From sequence record NC_048048.2: a DNA stretch of 64,000 bases; one strand, given 5' to 3'. The notes beneath the pieces were generated by a model. The model was not told the DNA's origin. It searched no databases and saw nothing but the letters and a program-made list of their open reading frames with translations. Positions 17,721 through 25,221 of the stretch are shown piece by piece; position 1 is the stretch's first letter, and each line of letters opens with the position of its first letter. The translations under genes and the position numbers were made by a program.

Positions 17721-17849
17721 GCGAGGGCGTCAAGGCCGCGAGCTAGGATTACACGCGATGGCTTAGCCGGCGTCCAGCCGGCGGCGCCTTCGACCACCGC
17801 GAGGCGGCCTTGACCCTCGCAATCTCGCCGATCCGCGACCAAGTGTCAA
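17721..17849 (-). ncRNA. Candidate antisense small RNA with its own promoter
   Basis: Minus-strand TTGACA (17849-17844)-N15-GCGAGATT (17828-17821); 11+6 bp closing stem 17721-17739/17804-17820; no credible ORF. Confidence 0.45.
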
Positions 17850-17934
17850 CCGTTTTCTTTTTCCAAGAAACCTGTTGACACGCATCGAACGCCTATGCGA
17901 GAAAGACTCAACGTCAACGCCTGGAACCCTATCC

Positions 17935-18591
17935 ATGCCCCGCACCGTCACCAAACAGGTCTACACCTTCAAGGAACTGAATCCCAAGGCCAAGCAAAAG
18001 GCCATCGAGTGGTATCGTGGCCTGAACGATCAAGACTCCGGTTGGTGGGATTTCGTCTATGACGAAGCCGACCGCATCGCCGAAGCCTTCGGGATCACCC
18101 TGCGCCGCAAGGAAGCCGGCAAGCCCAATAGCGGCCCGGACATCATGTTCACCGGCTTCTGGAGTCAAGGCGACGGCGCCTGTTTCCAAGGCCGCTACGA
18201 GTCGCCCCAAACCCCGGCCGTCGAAGCCTTCGCCGCCCTGGGGATCGAAGACGCCACGCTCAAGGCTCTGGCCGCCCGCCTCGACGCCCTGAGCGCCAAG
18301 GTGCGCTTGATCAGCACGGTCAAGCACTCCGGTCACTACTATCACGAGTATTGCACCGACTTCGAAACCGAGCGCATGGTTCCCGACGACGCCGGCGACG
18401 ACTTCGATATCTACGATTTCGACCACGAGGACGAAAAGGAACTGATCGACATTCTTCGCAGCTTCATGAAGTGGATTTATCGCCAGCTTGAGGCCGTGGA
18501 CGAAGATCGCAATTCCGATGAGACGATCAGCGAAACCCTGACCGACTCCGATTACGAATTCGAGGCGGACGGCTCGCCGACCAACGACTAG
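17935..18591 (+). CDS. Conserved MGE protein (family often auto-annotated 'antitoxin of toxin-antitoxin stability system')
   Basis: Motifs VYTFKELNPKAKQKAIEWYR and FTGFWSQGDGACF recalled from alphaproteobacterial ICE/plasmid proteins; function unproven. Confidence 0.6.
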   Translation: MPRTVTKQVYTFKELNPKAKQKAIEWYRGLNDQDSGWWDFVYDEADRIAEAFGITLRRKEAGKPNSGPDIMFTGFWSQGDGACFQGRYESPQTPAVEAFAALGIEDATLKALAARLDALSAKVRLISTVKHSGHYYHEYCTDFETERMVPDDAGDDFDIYDFDHEDEKELIDILRSFMKWIYRQLEAVDEDRNSDETISETLTDSDYEFEADGSPTND

Positions 18592-18765
18592 GCCAAGCCC
18601 GCCGCGCCCGGCCTCAACGCCGGGCGCGTGTCGGGTTTTGGTTTTTCAAGGTCCTGTTAAGGTTAACGAAAAAAGCCCTCGGACGGCCTGAGAAAAACGC
18701 AAGAAAACTGTTGACACGCATCCAAGCCCTATGCGAGAAAGGCTCATCGCAACGGGAGACACCCC

Positions 18766-19053
18766 ATGACGACCCAAGCCAAGAAGCGCCGCAAGCGCTA
18801 CCCGCCCAAGAGCGACGCGGCCAAGGCCCGCGCCGCCGCCAAGAGCAAGGCGTTCTTCGCCCGTCACGCGCTCAAGGCCACCGAGGCCACGATTGCCGCC
18901 ATGAAGGCCGGCGATCAAAAGGCCGTCCAACGCCACGCCAAGGACGCCCGGCGCCTGACCCGCTGGATGAACCACAAGCGCGACATCGCCGCCGCCTTCG
19001 CGGCCGTCTTCAACATTCGGGCCGCCGCCCAAGCCCTGAGAGCCGCCGCATGA
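18766..19053 (+). CDS. Basic Lys/Arg/Ala-rich small protein
   Basis: Promoter 18711 plus GGGAGACACCCC leader. Confidence 0.8.
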   Translation: MTTQAKKRRKRYPPKSDAAKARAAAKSKAFFARHALKATEATIAAMKAGDQKAVQRHAKDARRLTRWMNHKRDIAAAFAAVFNIRAAAQALRAAA

Positions 19054-19265
19054 CCCGTCGCCCTGCCTTTCTGACCGTCCTGGGCGGGATTGGCCTCATC
19101 CTGGCCAGCTTCGTCCTTTCGGCCGCCAGCGCCCCGGAAAAGCGGGTTCTCGTGGGTCAATACTGCGACGGCGACCCCGTGCGCCTCTACGGCCTGGAAG
19201 ACGGCGAGGAAGCCGCGCAAGCGTGCGCCATCGTCGAAGTCCACGCCCTGCCCAAGGGCTTCTGA
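19050..19265 (+). CDS. Small secreted/membrane protein
   Basis: ATGA overlap; N-terminal hydrophobic segment. Confidence 0.65.
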   Translation: MTRRPAFLTVLGGIGLILASFVLSAASAPEKRVLVGQYCDGDPVRLYGLEDGEEAAQACAIVEVHALPKGF

Positions 19266-19267
19266 CC

Positions 19268-19525
19268 ATGGCCGCCCCGAACGACAGCCGCGAGGAGCCG
19301 GTCAAGGTCGAAGACCTCAAGGGCGGCATGATGTGCGATCTTGAGGGCGACATGTACGCCGACAACGCCGGGCGCTTCCCGGAATTCGAGTTCGCCTATG
19401 CCGTCGTCGTCGAAGTCGACACGGCCCCGCGCTACGAGGCGCCGGGGACGGTCCTGGTCGAGTTCGACAAGATCACCGTGGCCTTTCCCAAGGGCCACAC
19501 CCTGCCGACCATCAAGGAACCCTAG
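19268..19525 (+). CDS. Hypothetical protein
   Basis: TGACCATG junction. Confidence 0.7.
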   Translation: MAAPNDSREEPVKVEDLKGGMMCDLEGDMYADNAGRFPEFEFAYAVVVEVDTAPRYEAPGTVLVEFDKITVAFPKGHTLPTIKEP

Positions 19526-19527
19526 AC

Positions 19528-20061
19528 ATGGAACGCCTCAACGTCCACGTGCTGACCGTCACCTATGACAGCGGCAACCCCGTCCCGCCGTTCGTCGCCC
19601 TGGGCATGTCCAAGGAGGAACTTGACGACACCCTGGAGGCCCTGGCGCGCGAGGAAGTCGATAACCGCTATTTCGAGGAAGAAGACCTCTTAGACGACCT
19701 CGCCAAGTTCCTGACCGCCGAACGCGTCGCCGAGCTTGAGCCCCTGGGCCTGGACGCCATCGGCCTACTGACTCCGGTCGAAATCGTCGACATGGCCAAG
19801 CGCTTCGCCTCGATCACGCCAAGCTTTGACGTGCTCCCGCTCTACCGCGACCCGCCGCCCGTCCGCGCCTTCGATCTCGACGACCGCGAAGCCGCCGCCG
19901 TCCTGACCGGCCTGCGCATGATCCAAGCCCAAGGCGTCCCGGACGATCTCGACGACCTCGCCACCAATGGCGGCGCCTTCGAGCCCCTGGACGGCGACGC
20001 CATCGACGGGCTCTGTGTGCGGATCAATTTCGACGTGACCGGCGAGGCGCCGGCCTCCTGA
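19528..20061 (+). CDS. Hypothetical acidic protein
   Basis: Operon-packed. Confidence 0.8.
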   Translation: MERLNVHVLTVTYDSGNPVPPFVALGMSKEELDDTLEALAREEVDNRYFEEEDLLDDLAKFLTAERVAELEPLGLDAIGLLTPVEIVDMAKRFASITPSFDVLPLYRDPPPVRAFDLDDREAAAVLTGLRMIQAQGVPDDLDDLATNGGAFEPLDGDAIDGLCVRINFDVTGEAPAS

Positions 20062-20141
20062 CGCAAGAAAGCTGTTGACAGCATAATCCGCCTATGCGAG
20101 AAAAGGCTGTCAACGGCGATCCCCGCCGCATGGAGACACCC

Positions 20142-20486
20142 ATGAAGTTCATCAAGACCGACATCCTCGACCACGGCCGCGCCTCGACCCTGCGCAACGC
20201 CCTGGGCACGGCCCTGGAGCGCTACACCGAAATCGGCAAGGAATTCGAGGGCTACCTGAACGACTATCAGGCCCTGGACGAGGCGGGCAAGGAAGCCTGG
20301 AAGGCCCGCAACCACTGGATCAACCCGCGCGCCCTGCCCGACCTCAAGACCCAGTTCGAGCGCCAAGCCGCCGACGTGCAAGACCTCATCAACTGGCTTG
20401 ACGGCGACAAGTTCATGAACGAAGACGGCGATTTCCCCAAAGGGACCGAGTTCACCATTGTCGCCGGCCTGATCCGCGACTTCTAA
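20142..20486 (+). CDS. Hypothetical protein
   Basis: Promoter 20075, GGAGACACCC leader; start reassigned. Confidence 0.8.
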   Translation: MKFIKTDILDHGRASTLRNALGTALERYTEIGKEFEGYLNDYQALDEAGKEAWKARNHWINPRALPDLKTQFERQAADVQDLINWLDGDKFMNEDGDFPKGTEFTIVAGLIRDF

Positions 20487-20497
20487 ACGCCCTGGTC

Positions 20498-20524
20498 AAG
20501 GCCCGCCCTCACGGCGGGCCTTTT
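20498..20524 (+). terminator. Intrinsic terminator
   Basis: AAGGCCCGCC-CTCAC-GGCGGGCCTT plus T run. Confidence 0.85.
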
Positions 20525-20680
20525 CCTTGACCTCGCGCCGTTGTTAACCTTAACGTGCAATCGTTCGCCTGTTAACCTTAACGGGACATGCCTGATCCGT
20601 TAACCATAGCCTGCAAAAAAGCTGTTGACTCGCATCCAAGCCCTATGCGAGAAAGGGTCATCAGCAACGGGAACGATCCC

Positions 20681-21079
20681 ATGACCCAAGAATACACCGC
20701 CGAAGAACGCCAAGCCAAGTTGACCGAAATGGCCGATCACTGGCGCGAGCAACTGAAGGACGCCCAAGCCCGCCTGGACATGACCGTCCTCGTCGGTCAA
20801 GGATTCGTCTGCGCTCTGGAGCGCGATCTTTCCATGGCTATCCGCGCTGACGGTCCCGACCGCTATCGCCTGTGGCCAGTATCGGCGCGCATGGTTCCCA
20901 TCCTCCACTTCACCAAACTTGACGCCATGCGGGTCGCCGCGCACTGGAATGGCAACCTCCCCGACGATAAGCAGGACCTGCGAGTCGTCGCCACCCATTA
21001 CCGCGACGTGCTTCAAGCCTATGTCGAGACCGCAACGGCGCAAATCGCCTGGATCGAAGGCGGCTGCAAGGCCGCCTGA
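20681..21079 (+). CDS. Hypothetical protein
   Basis: Promoter 20625; start reassigned to MTQEY. Confidence 0.75.
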   Translation: MTQEYTAEERQAKLTEMADHWREQLKDAQARLDMTVLVGQGFVCALERDLSMAIRADGPDRYRLWPVSARMVPILHFTKLDAMRVAAHWNGNLPDDKQDLRVVATHYRDVLQAYVETATAQIAWIEGGCKAA

Positions 21080-21269
21080 CCTTGACGCCCTCCGGCTCCG
21101 GCCGGAGGGTTAATTTCTGCCCAGCCCGCGTTAAGGTTAACCCGCCGCCGGCCTGGGATTAACCTTAACCCGCAACCGTTTGCGGGTTAACCATTCGATG
21201 CAAGAAAGGTGTTGACACGCATTTAGGCCCTATGCGAGAAACGCCTATCAGCAACCGGGAAACACCCCC

Positions 21270-21833
21270 ATGCCGCAATTCGTTCTCGACACTTCGGGCA
21301 AGGCCCGTGTTGGCGCCACCAAGAATTTTCCGAACGGCGTCACCATCAACTGGAATGATCTCGACGCCTTCACCCAAGGCTATATCGAGGCGCTGTTTTT
21401 CACCGAAAATTCCCCGGCCTTCACGTCGGACGAATGGCACGGCGAGGAATGTCAAGCCGCGCTTGAGGCCGGCACGTCTGACGGCTCGCTCCCCGGTGAC
21501 GCCGGTTTCGCCGACCTTCATGAAACCGCCCTGGCCACCATCGTCGAGGAGTGCGCCGCCTTCCAACGCGAAAACGCCGACCTGTTGGCGCAAGCCTATG
21601 GCCACAACTTCCCGGCGCGGGTGATCGGCGACGGCACCTTGCCCGATTCCCACCGCCCGGCGTGGGACTATGACGAGGCGGCGGCGGGGCGGGATTTCTG
21701 GTACACTCGCAACGGCCATGGCGTCGGCTTTTGGGATCGCGGCCTAGGCGAGGTCGGCGACAAGCTTTCCGACGCCTGCCGTTACTCTGAGGTTTACGTG
21801 TCGTTCGAGGCTGACGGCAAGGTTCATCTCTAA
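21270..21833 (+). CDS. Conserved phage hypothetical (AGRDFWYTRNGHGVGFWDRG motif)
   Basis: Promoter 21212 plus GGGAAACACCCC leader. Confidence 0.85.
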   Translation: MPQFVLDTSGKARVGATKNFPNGVTINWNDLDAFTQGYIEALFFTENSPAFTSDEWHGEECQAALEAGTSDGSLPGDAGFADLHETALATIVEECAAFQRENADLLAQAYGHNFPARVIGDGTLPDSHRPAWDYDEAAAGRDFWYTRNGHGVGFWDRGLGEVGDKLSDACRYSEVYVSFEADGKVHL

Positions 21834-21839
21834 CCCGGC

Positions 21840-21867
21840 AAAGGCCCGCTTGACAGCGGGCCTTTTT
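21840..21867 (+). terminator. Intrinsic terminator
   Basis: AAAGGCCCGCT-TGAC-AGCGGGCCTTT plus TT. Confidence 0.85.
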
Positions 21868-21995
21868 CGTGCCTGCCCCACCTGGGTTAACCTTAACGCC
21901 AGCCCGCTTCGCCTTAACGCTCTTTTTGCAAGAAAACAGTTGACTCGCATCCAAGCCCCATGCGAGAAAAGGTCATCAACCACGGAGCGCCGCAC

Positions 21996-22370
21996 ATGGC
22001 CAAAACCGAAACCGTCGACCTCGCCCTGGTCATGCTCGATGAGCAAAAGGCCGCCCTGGGCGCCTCCCGGACCTTCACCTTTCACGAAGTCCGCGCGGCG
22101 TTCATCGACGCCAAGGCCCTGACCACGCTTGAGGCCACCTTGCACAAGATCGCTGAACACGAGTGCAACGGCTATCGCAGCGACATCACCGAACGTTTCG
22201 ACATCCGCCGCCGCGACAAGGCGCAAGCCGCCGCCACGGCCATTGCCGAGCGCTACGGCCTGACGCTCGATTTCAACGGCGACCCGCGCGGTTCGGCCCT
22301 GAAGATCAAGACCCCGCACACCGGCCGTTACAACGGCTTTGGCGGGCGTGAGGATGGATGGTGCGTCTAG
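21996..22370 (+). CDS. Conserved phage hypothetical (FNGDPRG..LKI motif)
   Basis: Promoter 21940, GGAG RBS; start reassigned. Confidence 0.8.
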   Translation: MAKTETVDLALVMLDEQKAALGASRTFTFHEVRAAFIDAKALTTLEATLHKIAEHECNGYRSDITERFDIRRRDKAQAAATAIAERYGLTLDFNGDPRGSALKIKTPHTGRYNGFGGREDGWCV

Positions 22371-22439
22371 CGCCATCCTGACCCCCTTCCACCCCCTGTA
22401 GCGCGTCCCTCTCAAACCCCTGGCCCTAGGAGACACCCC

Positions 22440-22610
22440 ATGGCCCGCACCACCACCCACACCCGCACCGACAAGGCCAAGCGCGAGACGCTGGCGCCGT
22501 GGGAATATGACCGCCAGCACAAGGCGGACAAGAAAGCCGCCAAGGCGTGGCGCACCGATCGCCAAGGCCGCCGCGCCCTGGCCTCTTCGGACGCCTTCAA
22601 GGCCCACTAG
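22440..22610 (+). CDS. Small basic protein (56 aa)
   Basis: AGGAGACACCCC leader; manually translated MARTTTHTRTDKAKRE... Confidence 0.75.
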   Translation: MARTTTHTRTDKAKRETLAPWEYDRQHKADKKAAKAWRTDRQGRRALASSDAFKAH

Positions 22611-22703
22611 GCGGGCTCGAAAAAAGTTCGGCTCGATGCGAGAAAGCTGTTGACTCGCATCGAGCCCCTATGCGATAAAGGGTCATCAAACGGAGACACC
22701 GAC

Positions 22704-22868
22704 ATGACCCACCTGCAACGCGCCACCACCGACCAAGTCACCGTCGAGCACTACGCCGTTTCGGGCGGTCAACTGACCGTCACCCGCGCCCCCGCCCGCG
22801 CCCCGATCTATCGCCTGAACGGCTTCAAGATCACCTACTTCGAGGCCAAGCGTAAGCTCGCCGCCTAA
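22704..22868 (+). CDS. Small hypothetical protein (54 aa)
   Basis: Promoter 22650, GGAGACACC leader. Confidence 0.75.
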   Translation: MTHLQRATTDQVTVEHYAVSGGQLTVTRAPARAPIYRLNGFKITYFEAKRKLAA

Positions 22869-22882
22869 GACCCCTCCCCGAT

Positions 22883-22912
22883 AAGGCCCCCTCCCTGGAG
22901 CGGGGCCTTTTT
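22883..22912 (+). terminator. Intrinsic terminator
   Basis: AAGGCCCC..GGGGCCTT stem plus TTT. Confidence 0.75.
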
Positions 22913-23102
22913 CGTGGCCGTTAGCCAAGCGTTAAGGTTAACCCGTAGGGTTGATTTCGTTAACCTTAATGGGGCGTTAAGGTTAACGGGCCGGCCCAGG
23001 CTGTTAACCCTGCGGGCGAAGAAAGTGCGATCCTGTGCAAGAAAGCTGTTGACTGCATAAGCGTCCTATGCGACAAAGGGTCATCAACAACGGAGCTACC
23101 CG

Positions 23103-23273
23103 ATGTCCTTCCGCCTGACCCTCACTGACGAAGCCCGCTTCACCGCCGCGCGCGGCGCGGTCCGCACCGTCCGCGAACAGGCCCGCCCTGAGCCGGCCAA
23201 GGACGGCTCGGGCAAGTACGTCCTGGCCTCGCAAGACGCTCTGTCGCGCATCCGCGCCGTGCTGGGCAACTAA
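23103..23273 (+). CDS. Small hypothetical protein (56 aa)
   Basis: Promoter 23049, GGAG RBS; MSFRLTLTDEARF... Confidence 0.7.
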   Translation: MSFRLTLTDEARFTAARGAVRTVREQARPEPAKDGSGKYVLASQDALSRIRAVLGN

Positions 23274-23276
23274 GCC

Positions 23277-23462
23277 ATGAAGGTCACGGCGCACTATGGC
23301 AACGGGCTCTCGCGGGTGATCCCCTGCGAGACGCCGCAAGCCGCTCTGGACGCGATCAAAGCCGCGCTGCGCTATGATCGTTCGGCGACCTTCACGGTTG
23401 ACAAGCGCCTCACCCAAGGCGCGCCGACCCGCGCGGCCTCCGAACGGGTTTGGCTGCTGTAG
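23277..23462 (+). CDS. Small hypothetical protein
   Basis: Operon-packed. Confidence 0.65.
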   Translation: MKVTAHYGNGLSRVIPCETPQAALDAIKAALRYDRSATFTVDKRLTQGAPTRAASERVWLL

Positions 23463-23548
23463 AAGAAAAAAGCGAGTCGACGCAAAAAAGCTGTTGACTC
23501 GCATAAGGCCCGTATGCGATAAAAGGTCATCAGCAACGGAGACACCCG

Positions 23549-23746
23549 ATGACCTTCCACCACACCATGATGAGCAAGCTGGACGCGGCCCAACAGTCGG
23601 GCGAACTGTCCTATGCCCAGCACGCCGACATGCGCGCCACCCTGCGCGAGGCGAACATGCGCGGTCAGGTCTTCACCTCGATGATCGAACTGCGCCAAGC
23701 CTGCAAGGGCGCGGGCCGCGACTATCAGGGCCGCTTCGCCAGCTAA
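23549..23746 (+). CDS. Small hypothetical protein
   Basis: Promoter 23494, GGAGACACCC leader. Confidence 0.8.
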   Translation: MTFHHTMMSKLDAAQQSGELSYAQHADMRATLREANMRGQVFTSMIELRQACKGAGRDYQGRFAS

Positions 23747-23779
23747 GGCGGCCCAAACCCTCCCAAAGCCCCGACCCCT

Positions 23780-23806
23780 AGGCCCGCCCTTCGAGGCGGG
23801 CCTTTT
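23780..23806 (+). terminator. Intrinsic terminator closing the cassette array
   Basis: AGGCCCGCC-CTTCGA-GGCGGGCCT plus TTT. Confidence 0.85.
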
Positions 23807-24051
23807 GGCGTCTGCGCCTCGGGGAGGCTCCAAGCCCCCGCCCGCCGGCGACGGTAAATAAGAAGGTTCCAAGAAAGTATGGCCCTACCGGAAGGGGTCC
23901 AGGGACCCAAGGCCGGGGTCTGTTGCATTTCTGCCACAGGCCCCTCAGGCGCCTAGGAATCACATTGAATTTTTCATATACCGAGGGTCGCTCAAAATCG
24001 AGACCCTGTTTTCCGGCCGGCGATCGCGGCCAGATACAGCTATGTCCTTGA

Positions 24052-24155
24052 AATTTTTTATAAAAAATTCCGCCACAGGGAAAGGGGTCCCCATTTTCCG
24101 GCAGAGACTTTTTCTCAGAAACCACCTATGGTCAAAAATTTTTTATAAAAAATTT
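24052..24155. repeat. Two copies of the perfect AT palindrome AATTTTTTATAAAAAATT
   Basis: 24052-24069 and 24137-24154 (second extends to 20 bp, 24136-24155), 85 bp apart. Confidence 0.9.
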
Positions 24156-24355
24156 CTGGTTGTATAATGCACCTATAGGTTGCATAACCGGCCACCTTGG
24201 CCGGATCAATCCGGCCGTATCCGGCCATCAATCGGACATCGAGCGATGTCCAGCTTTTCAGGCGCTGTCAACGAAAACAAAGGCTTAGCAAGAAAGCTGG
24301 ACATTTCCCGGACATCGACCGGCCAAATCCGGCCAAACGGAACGCGATCCGGCCA

Positions 24356-24874
24356 CTACCTCCGGTCGATATTGTAGCACCCGACGCTGCGCGCATCGAC
24401 ATGCTCATGCACCTCGTAGGCCGGATCGCTCAGGTCCAGCACCACGCTGGCTTCGATGAAGTCGGCGCAGATCGTCATCACCTCGCCGGCCTCGCCCTCG
24501 TGATCGATGACGATAGTGCAGTCGATCGCGTCCCAGCGCTCGGGCTCGGTGAGCGGATAGACCTCGATCTCGGCGGGGCTGATCATCGTGCCCGAGATCA
24601 GGGTCTCCACCAAGTTGTAGACCTGGAAGCCCTGCACCGGCCCGGTGACCTCGCTGGCGCGGGGATTGTCGAGATCGGGACTGACGACCACATACCAGTT
24701 GAGCGGGCTGTAGGGCTCCCGGCGCGGATCATGCTCGACGCTGAACGATTCGCCGGCGCGCAGCGCGCCCAGACGCAGGGCGTCCTGGACACGCGCCTTC
24801 AGGTCGGGCGCGGCGCTGGCCGGATCGCAATAGGCCTCGAAGAGTTCGGCGCACAGCGCGCGGTAGTCGATCAT
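24356..24874 (-). CDS. Hypothetical protein
   Basis: Last gene of the minus operon; start reassigned to MIDYR (ATGA overlap). Confidence 0.75.
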   Translation of the reverse strand: MIDYRALCAELFEAYCDPASAAPDLKARVQDALRLGALRAGESFSVEHDPRREPYSPLNWYVVVSPDLDNPRASEVTGPVQGFQVYNLVETLISGTMISPAEIEVYPLTEPERWDAIDCTIVIDHEGEAGEVMTICADFIEASVVLDLSDPAYEVHEHVDARSVGCYNIDRR

Positions 24875-25221
24875 GACATCACCGGGGCTTTGAGGTCTTC
24901 GCAGGCGTCCTCCAGCGGCGGGGCGGCGCGATAGGCCAGCGGATGGGCGCCGGCTTCCCACTGCGCCAGCAAGAGGCGATTGTAGCGCGCGGCCGAGTGC
25001 ATGTAGAGGACATACATCTGCGTGGCCAGATAGGTGCCCGGCTGCTGGGCGCGCACCTTGCAGGCGGCCTCGGCGGCGGCCCGCCACTCGATCTGGGCCT
25101 GGGCCAGGGGAGACGGCGCCGGCGGCTTGAGCGTCTGGCGCGCCGCCCACAGCATGCAGGCCAGACAGAAGCCGGCGATCACCGTCTGGCAGGCGATCAG
25201 GATGAACTTGCTGCGGGTCAT
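24871..25221 (-). CDS. Hypothetical membrane-anchored protein
   Basis: N-terminal hydrophobic helix; ATGA overlaps. Confidence 0.75.
   Translation of the reverse strand: MTRSKFILIACQTVIAGFCLACMLWAARQTLKPPAPSPLAQAQIEWRAAAEAACKVRAQQPGTYLATQMYVLYMHSAARYNRLLLAQWEAGAHPLAYRAAPPLEDACEDLKAPVMS

Larger units (their letters stand above)
6002..22986. promoter_or_regulatory. TTAA-N7-TTAA (CtrA-box-like) sites inside TTAACCTTAA-N7-TTAAGGTTAA palindromes
   Basis: Exact TTAA-N7-TTAA at 6008, 7074, 7749, 9489, 9506, 11606, 14277, 16332, 16349, 17686, 22966; matches the established Caulobacter CtrA consensus spacing. Confidence 0.75.
3646..23518 (+). promoter_or_regulatory. 23 copies of a conserved early promoter: AAGAAA(A/G/C)CTG-TTGAC(A/T)-(C)GCAT-N9-ATGCGA(G/C/T)AA
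   Basis: -35 hexamer at 3646, 4387, 5462, 6065, 7120, 7814, 9013, 9564, 11057, 11672, 13893, 14370, 15608, 16717, 17875, 18711, 20075, 20625, 21212, 21940, 22650, 23049, 23494; GCGAGAA(C/A) resembles the Caulobacter RpoD -10 GCTANAWC; all intergenic or at gene ends and co-oriented. Confidence 0.9.

Noticed and set aside
3646-23518. Integron (attC) or IS-based explanation of the cassette array
   Set aside because: No integrase or transposase, no attC R/L box structure and no target-site duplications; the repeats are promoters.
4306-23781. ORF-track starts such as MRE(K/R)... and MTRI... at 5482, 6085, 7834, 11076, 11672, 17875, 20094, 21960, 22650
   Set aside because: They begin at the ATG or TTG inside the promoter motif; the real starts follow the downstream RBS.
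24163-24168. TATAAT as a promoter -10
   Set aside because: No -35 or TGn extension and no downstream plus-strand gene; likely a by-product of the AT-rich block.
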